DNA of 64,000 nucleotides from NCBI RefSeq assembly GCF_055900595.2, contig NZ_CM148325.1; one strand, 5' to 3'. Shown piece by piece: positions 30,782 to 41,591 of this stretch (position 1 is its first letter; each line of letters starts with the position of its first letter). The notes under the pieces were generated by a model. It saw only the letters and a program-made list of their open reading frames with translations, ran no database searches and was not told where the DNA came from. The position numbers and the translations under genes were made by a program.

Positions 30782-31136
30782 AAAGCTACACCAATCTGTA
30801 GGTTGTAGATCCCTTTCTGTCACTAATAGATATAAGAACTGTACTGTTGTCAATATAAAAATCCACCACAAACAATACCAATGATGATAGTTGCAGACCG
30901 CAATTATTATTGCCTTAGTGCTTTATACATTCTTCGCGACAAGACAGGCTTGCAAATACATATAAATGGTTATAAGGAAATCCTTATAAAACATTAATTC
31001 ATAGATATATTAGGAATAACAATTGAATCCGTGAGTACAGTAACACTGCATTTCATCAGGACTTTCGAAAAATCCGATATCATGCATCGGAATTTACTGA
31101 TTTAATTATTTTAATCCTAATTTATTTTGAAAAAGG

Positions 31137-31370
31137 CATTGGGATTTATGCCGTATTCCTGAAGTTCCTCATCATTGGAATGGATTTTCGGGCGAGAAAA
31201 GGATTTTATATGGATACTCTACTCATCATTTCTTCTTCTCATCATCAACAATTCACGTCTCTCTTCCGCGTTTAATAACGGATTATGATGTGCAAAAAAA
31301 ATATCTTTCGTTTCAGTTACCTGTAATTAGATACAGAGAGAGATTTCGGCAATACATGGAGTAATACAGG
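31137..31370 (+). promoter_or_regulatory. pgaA long 5-prime leader with multiple GGA motifs (CsrA-binding type), one overlapping the SD/start
   Basis: GGA triplets in A/U-rich context (TGGAATGGATT, AAGGATTTT, ATGGATACT, CGGATTA, CATGGAGTA, CAGGATGTATTC); by established knowledge the pgaA leader is a CsrA target. Confidence 0.6.
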
Positions 31371-33794
31371 ATGTATTCAAGTAGCAGAAAAAGGTGTCCG
31401 AAAACCAAATGGGCTTTGAAAATTCTTACTGCCGCATTTTTAGCAGCGAGTCCCGCGGCGAAGAGTGCTGTTAATAATGCCTATGATGCATTGATTATCG
31501 AAGCTCGCAAGGGAAATACTCAGCCAGCTTTGTTATGGTTTGCACAAAAATCAGCACTCAGTAATAACCAAATTGCTGACTGGTTACAGATTGCCTTATG
31601 GGCCGGGCAAGATAAACAGGTTATTACCGTTTACAACCGCTACCGTCATCAGCAATTACCAGCGCGTGGTTATGCAGCTGTCGCCGTCGCTTATCGTAAC
31701 CTGCAACAATGGCAAAACTCGCTTACACTGTGGCAAAAGGCACTCTCTCTGGAGTCGCAAAATAAGGATTATCAACGGGGACAAATTTTAACCCTGGCAG
31801 ATGCGGGTCACTATGATTCTGCGCTGGTTAAACTTAAGCAGCTTAACTCTGGAGCACCGGACAAAGCTAATTTACTCGCAGAAGCCTATATCTATAAACT
31901 GGCGGGGCGGCATGAGGATGAATTACGGGCGATGACAGGGTCATTACCTGAAAATGCCTTAACGCAACAATATCCCACAGAATACGTGCAGGCATTACGG
32001 AATAATCAACTTGCTGCCGCGATTGACGATGCCAATTTAACGCCAGATATTCGCGCTGATATTCATGCCGAACTGGTCAGACTGTCGTTTATGCCTACGC
32101 GCAGTGAAAGTGAACGTTATGCCATTGCCGATCGCGCCCTCGCCCAATACGCTGCATTAGAAATTCTGTGGCATGATAACCCTGACCGCACTGCCCAGTA
32201 CCAGCGTATTCAGATTGATCATCTTGGCGCGTTATTAACTCGCGATCGTTATAAAGACGTTATTTCTCACTATCAGCGTTTAAAAAAGACGGGGCAAATT
32301 ATTCCGCCCTGGGCGCAATATTGGGTTGCGTCGGCTTATCTCAAAGAACATCAGCCAAAAAAAGCACAGTCAATAATGACAGAGCTCTTTTATCACAAGG
32401 AGACCATTGCCCCGGATTTATCCGATGAAGAACTTGCGGATCTCTTTTACAGCCACCTGGAGAGTGAAAATTATCCCGGCGCGCTAACTGTCACCCAACA
32501 TACCATTAATACTTCGCCGCCTTTCCTTCGGTTAATGGGCACGCCTACGAGCATCCCGAATGATACCTGGTTACAGGGGCATTCGTTTCTCTCAACCGTA
32601 GCAAAATATAGTAATGATCTTCCTCAGGCTGAAATGACAGCCAGAGAGCTTGCTTATAACGCACCAGGAAATCAGGGACTGCGCATTGATTACGCGAGTG
32701 TGTTACAAGCCCGCGGTTGGCCTCGTGCGGCAGAAAATGAATTAAAAAAAGCAGAAGTGATCGAGCCACGTAATATTAATCTGGAGGTTGAACAAGCCTG
32801 GACAGCATTAACGTTACAAGAACGGCAGCAGGCAGCGGTCTTAACGCACGATGTTGTCGAACGTGAACCGCAAGATCCCGGCGTTGTACGTTTAAAACGT
32901 GCGGTTGATGTACATAATCTTGCAGAGCTTCGTATCGCTGGTTCAACAGGAATTGATGCCGAAGGTCCGGATAGTGGCAAACATGATGTCGACTTAACCA
33001 CCATCGTTTATTCACCACCGCTGAATGATAACTGGCGCGGTTTTGCTGGATTCGGTTATGCCGATGGACAATTTAGCGAAGGAAAAGGGATTATTCGCGA
33101 CTGGCTTGCGGGTGTTGAGTGGCGGTCACGTAATATCTGGCTTGAGGCGGAGTACACCGAACGCTTTTTCAATCATGAGCATAAACCCGGCGCGCGCCTG
33201 TCTGGCTGGTATGATTTTAATGATAACTGGCGTATTGGTTCGCAACTGGAACGCCTCTCTCACCGCGTTCCATTACGGGCAATGAAAAATGGTGTTACAG
33301 GCAACAGTGCACAGGCTTATGTTCGCTGGTATCAAAATGAGCGGCGTAAGTACGGTGTCTCTTGGGCTTTCACTGATTTTTCTGACAGTAATCAGCGTCA
33401 TGAAGTCTCACTTGAGGGTCAGGAACGCATCTGGTCTTCACCATATTTGATTGTCGATTTCCTCCCCAATCTGTATTACGAACAAAATACAGAACACGAC
33501 ACCCCATACTACAACCCTATAAAAATGTTCGATATTGTTCCGGCATTTGAGGCAAGTCATTTGTTATGGCGAAGCTATGAAAATAGCTGGGAGCAAATCT
33601 TCAGCGCAGGTGTTGGTGCCTCCTGGCAAAAACATTATGGCACGGATGTCGTCACCCAACTCGGCTACGGGCAACGCATTAGCTGGAATAACGTGATTGA
33701 TGCTGGCGCAACGCTACGCTGGGAAAAACGACCTTATGACGGTGACAGAGAACACAACTTATACGTTGAATTCGATATGACATTCAGATTTTAA
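31371..33794 (+). CDS. pgaA: PGA (poly-beta-1,6-GlcNAc) outer-membrane export porin with TPR domain
   Basis: 807-aa ORF MYSSSRKRCPKTKWALKILTAAFLAASPAAKSA; recognised as PgaA. Confidence 0.95.
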   Translation: MYSSSRKRCPKTKWALKILTAAFLAASPAAKSAVNNAYDALIIEARKGNTQPALLWFAQKSALSNNQIADWLQIALWAGQDKQVITVYNRYRHQQLPARGYAAVAVAYRNLQQWQNSLTLWQKALSLESQNKDYQRGQILTLADAGHYDSALVKLKQLNSGAPDKANLLAEAYIYKLAGRHEDELRAMTGSLPENALTQQYPTEYVQALRNNQLAAAIDDANLTPDIRADIHAELVRLSFMPTRSESERYAIADRALAQYAALEILWHDNPDRTAQYQRIQIDHLGALLTRDRYKDVISHYQRLKKTGQIIPPWAQYWVASAYLKEHQPKKAQSIMTELFYHKETIAPDLSDEELADLFYSHLESENYPGALTVTQHTINTSPPFLRLMGTPTSIPNDTWLQGHSFLSTVAKYSNDLPQAEMTARELAYNAPGNQGLRIDYASVLQARGWPRAAENELKKAEVIEPRNINLEVEQAWTALTLQERQQAAVLTHDVVEREPQDPGVVRLKRAVDVHNLAELRIAGSTGIDAEGPDSGKHDVDLTTIVYSPPLNDNWRGFAGFGYADGQFSEGKGIIRDWLAGVEWRSRNIWLEAEYTERFFNHEHKPGARLSGWYDFNDNWRIGSQLERLSHRVPLRAMKNGVTGNSAQAYVRWYQNERRKYGVSWAFTDFSDSNQRHEVSLEGQERIWSSPYLIVDFLPNLYYEQNTEHDTPYYNPIKMFDIVPAFEASHLLWRSYENSWEQIFSAGVGASWQKHYGTDVVTQLGYGQRISWNNVIDAGATLRWEKRPYDGDREHNLYVEFDMTFRF

Positions 33795-33802
33795 GGATAA
33801 AT

Positions 33803-35821
33803 ATGTTACGTAATGGAAATAAATATCTCCTGATGCTGGTGAGTATAATTATGCTCACTGCGTGCATTAGCCAGTCAAGAACATCATTTATACCGCCACA
33901 GGATCGCGAATCTTTACTCGCCGAGCAACCGTGGCCGCATAATGGTTTTGTGGCGATTTCATGGCATAACGTTGAAGACGAAGCTGCCGACCAGCGTTTT
34001 ATGTCAGTGCGGACATCAGCACTGCGTGAACAATTTGCCTGGCTGCGCGAGAACGGTTATCAACCGGTCAGTATTGCTCAAATTCGTGAAGCACATCGAG
34101 GAGGAAAACCGCTACCGGAAAAAGCAGTAGTGCTGACTTTTGATGACGGCTACCAGAGTTTTTATACCCGCGTCTTCCCAATTCTTCAGGCCTTCCAGTG
34201 GCCTGCTGTATGGGCCCCCGTCGGCAGTTGGGTCGATACGCCAGCGGATGAACAAGTAAAATTTGGCGATGAGATGGTCGATCGAGAATATTTTGCCACG
34301 TGGCAACAAGTGCGAGAAGTTGCGCGTTCCCGGCTCGTTGAGGTCGCTTCTCATACATGGAATTCTCACTACGGTATTCAGGCTAATGCCACCGGCAGCT
34401 TATTGCCTGTATATGTAAATCGTGCATATTTTACTGACCACGCACGGTATGAAACCGCAGCAGAATACCGGGAAAGAATTCGTCTGGATGCTGTAAAAAT
34501 GACGGAATACCTGCGTACAAAGGCTAAGGTAAATCCACACGTTTTTGTTTGGCCTTATGGCGAAGCGAATGGCATAGCGATAGAGGAATTAAAAAAACTC
34601 GGTTATGACATGTTCTTCACCCTTGAATCAGGTTTGGCAAATGCGTCACAATTGGATTCCATTCCGCGAGTATTAATCGCCAATAATCCCTCATTAAAAG
34701 AGTTTGCCCAGCAAATTATTACCGTACAGGAAAAATCATCACAACGGGTAATGCATATCGATCTTGATTACGTTTATGACGAAAACCGCCAGCAAATGGA
34801 TCGCAATATTGATGTGCTAATTCAGCGGGTGAAAGATATGCAAATATCAACCGTGTATTTGCAGGCATTTGCTGATCCCGATGGTGATGGGCTGGTCAAA
34901 GAGGTCTGGTTTCCAAATCGTTTGCTACCAATGAAAGCAGATATTTTTAGTCGGGTTGCCTGGCAATTACGTACCCGCTCAGGTGTAAACATCTATGCGT
35001 GGATGCCGGTATTAAGCTGGGATTTAGATCCCACATTAACGCGAGTAAAATATTTACCAACAGGGGAGAAAAAAGCACAAATTCATCCTGAACAATATCG
35101 CCGTCTATCTCCTTTTGATGACAGGGTCAGAGCACAAGTTGGCATGTTATATGAAGATCTTGCCGGACATGCTGCTTTTGATGGCATATTGTTCCACGAT
35201 GATGCTTTGCTTTCAGATTATGAAGATGCCAGTGCACCGGCTATCACGGCTTATCAGCAAGCAGGCTTTAGCGGGAGTCTGAGCGAAATTCGACAAAACC
35301 CGGAGCAATTTAAACAGTGGACCCGCTTTAAAAGTCGTGCGTTAACTGACTTCACTTTAGAACTTAGTGCGCGCGTAAAAGCCATTCGCGGTCCACATGT
35401 TAAAACTGCACGAAATATTTTTGCACTTCCGGTAATACAACCTGAAAGTGAAGCCTGGTTTGCACAGAATTATGCTGATTTCCTAAAAAGCTATGACTGG
35501 ACCGCTATTATGGCTATGCCTTATATGGAAGGTGTCGCAGAAAAATCGGCTGACCAATGGTTAATACAATTGACCAATCAAATTAAAAACATCCCTCAGG
35601 CTAAAGACAAATCTATTTTAGAATTACAGGCACAAAACTGGCAGAAAAATGGTCAGCATCAGGCTATTTCTTCGCAACAACTCGCTCACTGGATGAGCCT
35701 ATTACAACTGAATGGAATGAAAAACTATGGTTATTATCCCGACAATTTTCTGCATAACCAACCTGAAATAGACGTTATTCGTCCTGAGTTTTCAACAGCC
35801 TGGTATCCGAAAAATGATTAA
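33803..35821 (+). CDS. pgaB: PGA N-deacetylase lipoprotein
   Basis: 672-aa ORF with lipoprotein signal ([12 protein letters not shown]); polysaccharide deacetylase motifs (TFDDGY); recognised as PgaB. Confidence 0.95.
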
Positions 35822-37139
35822 TCGCATCGTATCGTTTTTTATATTATGTCTGGTGTTATGCATACCCCTATGCGTAGCGTACTTTCACTCTGGTGAACTG
35901 ATGATGAGGTTCGTTTTCTTCTGGCCGTTTTTTATGTCCATTATGTGGATTGTTGGCGGCGTCTATTTCTGGGTCTATCGTGAACGCCACTGGCCGTGGG
36001 GAGAAAACGCACCAGCTCCCCAGTTGAAAGATAATCCGTCTATCTCCATTATCATTCCCTGTTTTAATGAGGAGAAAAACGTTGAGGAAACCATACACGC
36101 CGCTTTAGCACAGCGTTATGAGAACATTGAAGTTATTGCCGTAAATGACGGTTCAACAGACAAAACCCGTGCCATCCTGGATCGCATGGCTGCACAAATT
36201 CCCCACCTGCGGGTCATTCATCTGGCGCAAAACCAGGGGAAAGCCATTGCGCTTAAAACCGGAGCTGCCGCGGCGAAAAGTGAATATCTGGTGTGCATTG
36301 ATGGCGATGCGTTATTAGACCGCGATGCGGCGGCATATATTGTGGAACCGATGTTGTACAACCCGCGTGTGGGTGCCGTAACCGGTAATCCTCGTATTCG
36401 AACACGTTCTACCCTGGTGGGTAAAATTCAGGTTGGCGAGTATTCCTCAATTATTGGTTTGATCAAGCGAACCCAGCGTATCTATGGAAACGTATTTACC
36501 GTTTCTGGTGTTATTGCCGCATTTCGTCGCAGCGCCCTGGCAGAAGTGGGTTACTGGAGTGACGATATGATCACCGAAGATATTGATATTAGCTGGAAGC
36601 TGCAGTTGAATCAGTGGACGATTTTTTACGAGCCACGGGCGCTGTGCTGGATATTAATGCCTGAAACGTTAAAAGGGCTGTGGAAACAGCGCCTGCGCTG
36701 GGCTCAGGGCGGTGCAGAAGTATTCCTCAAAAATATGACAAGGCTATGGCGCAAAGAAAACTTTCGAATGTGGCCACTGTTTTTTGAATACTGTCTGACG
36801 ACAATATGGGCCTTTACCTGCCTGGTCGGTTTCATTATTTACGCAGTCCAACTTGCAGGTGTACCGTTAAATATTGAATTGACACATATCGCTGCGACAC
36901 ATACTGCCGGAATATTATTGTGTACGTTATGTTTACTGCAATTTATTGTCAGCCTGATGATCGAGAATCGCTATGAGCATAATCTGACTTCATCGCTTTT
37001 CTGGATTATTTGGTTCCCGGTTATTTTCTGGATGCTGAGCCTGGCAACGACATTGGTATCATTTACACGAGTCATGTTGATGCCTAAAAAGCAACGCGCC
37101 CGTTGGGTAAGTCCCGATCGAGGGATTCTGAGAGGTTAA
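35814..37139 (+). CDS. pgaC: PGA synthase, family-2 glycosyltransferase
   Basis: 441-aa ORF; GT2 motifs ([21 protein letters not shown]); 8-bp overlap with pgaB. Confidence 0.95.
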
Positions 37140-37140
37140 T

Positions 37141-37554
37141 ATGAACAATTTAATTATTACGACCCGACAATCGCCAGTACGTTTAATGGTTGATTATGTT
37201 GCCACAACCATCTTATGGACATTATTTGCTTTGTTCATATTCTTATTCACCATGGATCTGCTGACGGGTTATTACTGGCAAAGTGAGGCCAGAAGCCGAC
37301 TTCAGTTCTATTTTTTGCTGGCAGTGGCGAATGCCGTCGTGTTAATTGTCTGGGCGCTGTACAATAAGCTGCGTTTTCAAAAACAGCAGCATCATGCAGC
37401 CTACCAATATACGCCGCAAGAATATGCAGAGAGCTTAGCAATACCTGATGAGCTCTATCAGCAACTACAAAAAAGCCACAGGATGAGCGTACACTTCACC
37501 AGCCAAGGGCAAATAAAAATGGTTGTTTCAGAAAAAGCGCTAGTCCGGGCATAA
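37141..37554 (+). CDS. pgaD: PGA synthase accessory membrane protein
   Basis: 137-aa [29 protein letters not shown]; two TM segments; 1 bp after pgaC. Confidence 0.92.
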   Translation: MNNLIITTRQSPVRLMVDYVATTILWTLFALFIFLFTMDLLTGYYWQSEARSRLQFYFLLAVANAVVLIVWALYNKLRFQKQQHHAAYQYTPQEYAESLAIPDELYQQLQKSHRMSVHFTSQGQIKMVVSEKALVRA

Positions 37555-37603
37555 ACACCCAAAACAAAGCCCGGTTCGCCCGGGCTCTGCGCCGATAATA
37601 CAC

Positions 37604-38392
37604 TTAACTGTATGCATGTAGCGTACGTTGGCAAAGTGCCGAACGTACGCAATCCTCTTTACCGAATCGGACGATCCCGACCATTTCATCTTCTTCGAAA
37701 CGTTCTAGCGCGTCACTTAATCCGGAGCGCACGCCGCGAGGCAAATCGCATTGCGTGATATCACCGTTGACGATAACCGTCACGTTCTCCCCGAGGCGGG
37801 TTAAAAACATTTTCATTTGCGCGGCAGTCACATTCTGCGCCTCGTCAAGAATGACGACTGCATTTTCAAAGGTACGTCCACGCATATAGGCGAACGGCGC
37901 GATTTCCACCTTCCCTATTTCCGGTCGCAGGCAGTACTGCATAAAGGAAGCCCCTAAGCGCCGGACCAGCACGTCGTAGACCGGACGAAAATAGGGAGCA
38001 AACTTTTCTGCGATATCTCCAGGTAAGAAGCCAAGATCTTCATCGGCTTGCAGAACTGGACGGGTGACGATAATCCTGTCGACATCCTTATGTATCAGGG
38101 CCTCTGCCGCTTTTGCTGCGCTGATCCAGGTTTTTCCGCACCCGGCTTCGCCGGTGGCGAATATCAGCTGCTTACTCTCAATAGCCTTCAGATAGTGCAA
38201 TTGCGCTTCATTTCGCGCGAGGATGGGCGAGGTATCGCGACTGTCGCGGGCCATACCAATGGCTTCTACGCCGCTCATCTGCACAAGCGAGGTGACCGAT
38301 TCTTCTTCACGCTGCTTATGGCTGCGCGAATCCCGTCTCAGCACACGTTTTGCCTCGCGACGAGCTTTGATCACTGCTTTTTGTCTTCCCAT
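37604..38392 (-). CDS. phoH: PhoH ATPase core (P-loop NTPase, PhoH family); annotated from conserved internal start MGRQKAVIK
   Basis: Walker A GEAGCGKT and Walker B VVILDEAQN; ORF 37604..38527 in this frame; upstream annotated N-terminal extension lies in a different frame (see findings). Confidence 0.88.
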   Translation of the reverse strand: MGRQKAVIKARREAKRVLRRDSRSHKQREEESVTSLVQMSGVEAIGMARDSRDTSPILARNEAQLHYLKAIESKQLIFATGEAGCGKTWISAAKAAEALIHKDVDRIIVTRPVLQADEDLGFLPGDIAEKFAPYFRPVYDVLVRRLGASFMQYCLRPEIGKVEIAPFAYMRGRTFENAVVILDEAQNVTAAQMKMFLTRLGENVTVIVNGDITQCDLPRGVRSGLSDALERFEEDEMVGIVRFGKEDCVRSALCQRTLHAYS

Positions 38393-38667
38393 GGAGAGCA
38401 CCTTGAGTTGTTTGTATTCATCACACGCGCCGTTGGCAGCGCGATTATGCGCACGAACATCAGAGGGTTGGCTTCCTTGTAAGCCATAGTTTGCTGTTGG
38501 ATAAAATGCCGAAAAACGGCTACGCACACCGTTTGCGGCGTCGGTAACACGAGTAAAGTGAGGAAGTGAGAAAAATACAGAGTGACGAAGTTGCTACCGG
38601 AGGAGAAATCTCCGCGAGTGGTGGAGCGTTGCTTAACAAAACATTGTCCAGTACAGGACGTTACCAT
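38371..38667 (-). other. Out-of-frame remnant of the phoH N-terminal extension (98 codons)
   Basis: ORF MVTSCTGQCFVKQ...WEDKKQ ends at TGA 38371..38373 overlapping the core frame; separated from core by one missing A in run 38378..38382. Confidence 0.55.
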
Positions 38668-38817
38668 CCGCGATCTCCATAGTGACTGACTATCACTGCC
38701 GGGAACTTCCGCTGCTACTTAATAATTACAACAGATCTCGCATTCATTGCAACAATATATTCACTTATATTTAACTATAAAACACCATTTCAGTGACATT
38801 AGTTTCTACTGGAAAGA

Positions 38818-38838
38818 TGACAGAGTGATGACAGTGAT
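38818..38838 (-). promoter_or_regulatory. Pho box (PhoB binding site) of the phoH promoter
   Basis: Minus-strand sequence TCACTGTCATCACTCTGTCA contains two direct CTGTCAT half-sites spaced 11 bp (centre to centre). Confidence 0.7.
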
Positions 38839-38869
38839 GAAAAAAGCTGTGTGCTTTCAGCAGGATTCG

Positions 38870-39120
38870 CATAAGGCATCAACGCACGAACGCCGGATGC
38901 GGCGTGAACGCCTTATCCTGCCTACCAAACCCGCACCGATTGTAGGCATGATAAGACGCGCAAGCGTCGCATCAGGCATCAGCGCATTACCGCCGGATGC
39001 GGCGTGAACGCCTTATCCTGCCTACCGAACCCGCACCGATTGTAGGCATGATAAGACGCGCAAACGTCGCATCAGGCATCAGCGCACGAACGCCGGATGC
39101 GGCGTAAATGCCTTATCCGC
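38870..39120. repeat. BIME/REP cluster with ~100-bp tandem period (2 full + 1 partial unit)
   Basis: CGCCGGATGCGGCGTGAACGCCTTATCC...GCATCAGGCATCAGCGCA unit recurs at 38891, 38991 and 39091; palindromic REP (GCCGGATGCGGCGTGAACGCCTTATCCGGCCTAC-like) sequences. Confidence 0.85.
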
Positions 39121-39129
39121 CTCTAAAAA

Positions 39130-40401
39130 TTAAACTCGCAATAATGCGCTTCCAAGATAATCGCTCGCGTCCTTCACCCCCGGCAGCGCAAAAAAATAAC
39201 CGCCGCCGATGGGTTTAACGTATTCCTCCAGCGCTTCACCATTGAGCCTTTTTTGTACTGTCAGGAAGCCCTTTTCCAGATCGTGTTGGTAGCAGACAAA
39301 CAGCAACCCCATATCCAGTTGCCCGGAGTTGGTAACACCCAACGAATAACTGTAGCCACGACGCAGCATCAGGCTGGACTCGCTCTCCGCCGTGCGGGGA
39401 TTCGCCAGCCGGATATGGCTGTCCAGCGCGATCACCTTCCCCTCCGGATCGCTGGCGTAATCAGGCACATCATGCTCATGCTGCATTCCCAGCGGCGCGC
39501 CGGTTTGTTTGTCGCGACCAAAAATTGTCTGCTGTTCTTTCAGCGGCGTTCTGTCCCAAAATTCCACTCGAAACTGAATCAAACGCACCGCCTGGTAGCT
39601 GCCGCCGATAGCCCACGCAGGCTCCTGCTGATCTGCCGTCACCCACACTACTTTTTGCATCAATTTCGCATTTTGGCTGTCAGGATTAGCAGTGCCGTCT
39701 TTGAAGCCCAGCAAATTAATCGGCGTCTCTTTGCCTTTACTACGCGCTGCGTGGTCGGAAATAAACCCTTCCCGCTTCCAGCGCACACTGAGCAAATCCG
39801 GCGTGTGTTTGATGATATCGCGCAGTGCATGGATCACCGTGTCCTGGGTATTGGCGCAAATCTGTAGCAACACATCACCATGACATAACGCCGCATCAAG
39901 CGAGTCGTTAGGGAAACGTGTCATCTTCTGCAACTTTTTCGGCATCTGCTGCGCAAGGCCAAAACGCTCATCAAACAATGAGTGGCCCACCGATAACGTG
40001 ATGGTGAGATTATCGGGCGCAATGTAGCCGCCAAGAATGCCGGAATCGCGTGGCGGCAGGCGTGGATTTGACGTTTCTGGTGCCGCTCCGCCCTGAGTCA
40101 GAAAAGCAAAACGCTGAGTCAACAAGCGAAACAATCGCTCAAGATCAGCTTTATCGCTGGCAAGCACATCAAACGCCACCAGCATCATTGCGGCCTGCTG
40201 CGGCGTCAGAATACCCGCCTGATGTTCGCCATAAAACGGCTGCGCTTCACTGCGCGCATCCGGTGAAAGCGTCCCCGGCGCACTTAGTGGTTTTTGCGCA
40301 TGCGCTACCGGGCAACTTCCCGCCAGTGCCAGCGCGCCAATCCCTTTCAGTAAACGTCGGCGTGACGGTTCATTCACGCCGTTTTCATCTTCATACTGCA
40401 T
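39130..40401 (-). CDS. efeB: Dye-decolorizing (DyP) haem peroxidase of the EfeUOB ferrous-iron transporter, Tat-secreted
   Basis: 423-aa ORF with twin-arginine signal (SRRRLLKG); recognised as EfeB (YcdB). Confidence 0.93.
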   Translation of the reverse strand: MQYEDENGVNEPSRRRLLKGIGALALAGSCPVAHAQKPLSAPGTLSPDARSEAQPFYGEHQAGILTPQQAAMMLVAFDVLASDKADLERLFRLLTQRFAFLTQGGAAPETSNPRLPPRDSGILGGYIAPDNLTITLSVGHSLFDERFGLAQQMPKKLQKMTRFPNDSLDAALCHGDVLLQICANTQDTVIHALRDIIKHTPDLLSVRWKREGFISDHAARSKGKETPINLLGFKDGTANPDSQNAKLMQKVVWVTADQQEPAWAIGGSYQAVRLIQFRVEFWDRTPLKEQQTIFGRDKQTGAPLGMQHEHDVPDYASDPEGKVIALDSHIRLANPRTAESESSLMLRRGYSYSLGVTNSGQLDMGLLFVCYQHDLEKGFLTVQKRLNGEALEEYVKPIGGGYFFALPGVKDASDYLGSALLRV

Positions 40402-40406
40402 AACGC

Positions 40407-41534
40407 TTAATCCAGCCCCAGCACACCGCGAAGTTGCGCCAGATCTTCCGCTAGCGCAGTAATCGGCCCTTTCAGCGCATTACGATCGGCATCGGTCAAT
40501 TTGTCGTAGGTTTCAAAACCGTCTTTGGTACGGTATTTCGCCAGAATGGTATCGACCTTTTTGAAGTTAGCATCGACTTTTGCCAGCAGTTCCGGGTTGG
40601 CTTTTTGTAGTTGTGGACGCAGCAGATCGACAATTTTCTGCGAGCCTTCAACGTTAGCCTGGAAGTCCCACAGATCGGTGTGGCTGTAGCGATCTTCTTC
40701 ACCGCTGATTTTGCTGGCTGCCACTTCCTCAATCAGTCCGGCTGCGCCGCCGACCACTTTTGAAGGTGGGAAAGCCAGTTCACTGATGCGTTTTTGCAAA
40801 TCGACCACATCGGTATAAAGCTGGTCAGCATACTGATCCATTCCTTTGGTGGTATTGTCGCCAAACAAGGCTTTTTCCAGACGGTGGAAACCGGTGAATT
40901 TCGGATCGGCGGCTTTTTGCTCGTAATCATCTTCACGGGCGTCAATGCTACCATCCAGATCAGAGAACAGCTCAGCAATCGGTTCGATGCGCTCATAGTG
41001 CTGGCGCGTCGGCGCATACAGTGCTTTCGCTTTTTCTATATCGCCTGCTTTAATAGCGTCGGTAAAGGCTTTGGTGTCGGTCACCAGTTGCGTGGTTTCC
41101 GCCATGACATACGCTTTATATGCAGTAATTGCACCACCAAGACTTAACAGCGCATCACTTTGCGCCGCATCCGCCGTTGCTTCACCTTTGACGATCAACT
41201 TCCCTTTCGGGTTAGTCAGCAGACCGCAGGTCATATCGTATTCGCCAGGCTGTAAATTCGCCGTCATTTTCTGGCTAAAACCAGGGGCGATATTTTCCCG
41301 CTCTTCCACCACCATCACGCCTTTGAGGATCTCCCACTCCAGCGCCTTCTGGCTATGGTTCTGAATAATGAACTGTGTTTTCCCGGCGTTAACCGTAATG
41401 GTCATCGGTTCGCACTGCTTATCTGTCACAGTGACTTTGACCTGCGGAATATCAGCGGCGTTAGCCATAAAAGCAGAAGAGAACAGCGCAGCCACGCTCA
41501 ACTGCAATGCGTTACGACGGAAGTTAATGGTCAT
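40407..41534 (-). CDS. efeO: Periplasmic iron-binding protein EfeO (cupredoxin + M75 peptidase-like domains)
   Basis: 375-aa ORF with signal peptide [26 protein letters not shown]; recognised as EfeO (YcdO). Confidence 0.93.
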   Translation of the reverse strand: MTINFRRNALQLSVAALFSSAFMANAADIPQVKVTVTDKQCEPMTITVNAGKTQFIIQNHSQKALEWEILKGVMVVEERENIAPGFSQKMTANLQPGEYDMTCGLLTNPKGKLIVKGEATADAAQSDALLSLGGAITAYKAYVMAETTQLVTDTKAFTDAIKAGDIEKAKALYAPTRQHYERIEPIAELFSDLDGSIDAREDDYEQKAADPKFTGFHRLEKALFGDNTTKGMDQYADQLYTDVVDLQKRISELAFPPSKVVGGAAGLIEEVAASKISGEEDRYSHTDLWDFQANVEGSQKIVDLLRPQLQKANPELLAKVDANFKKVDTILAKYRTKDGFETYDKLTDADRNALKGPITALAEDLAQLRGVLGLD

Positions 41535-41591
41535 GACGAGACTATCCCTTTAAAGTATGTTGTAACTAAGCAAAAGTTTGCGTCATTTTCG

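Noticed and set aside
37604-38527. 307-aa form of phoH starting at the first ATG of the core frame
   Set aside because: Residues upstream of MGRQKAVIK are the out-of-frame reading of the N-terminal extension region and are unlikely to be the native N-terminus; core start at 38392 preferred
38747-39007. 86-aa plus-strand ORF upstream of phoH
   Set aside because: Covers the Pho box and the REP/BIME repeats; the repeated peptide it would encode is an artefact of translating tandem REP units
38860-39125. Possible CRISPR array (regularly spaced repeats)
   Set aside because: Repeats are palindromic REP units in a 100-bp tandem duplication with near-identical spacers, not short direct repeats with unique spacers; no cas genes or leader nearby
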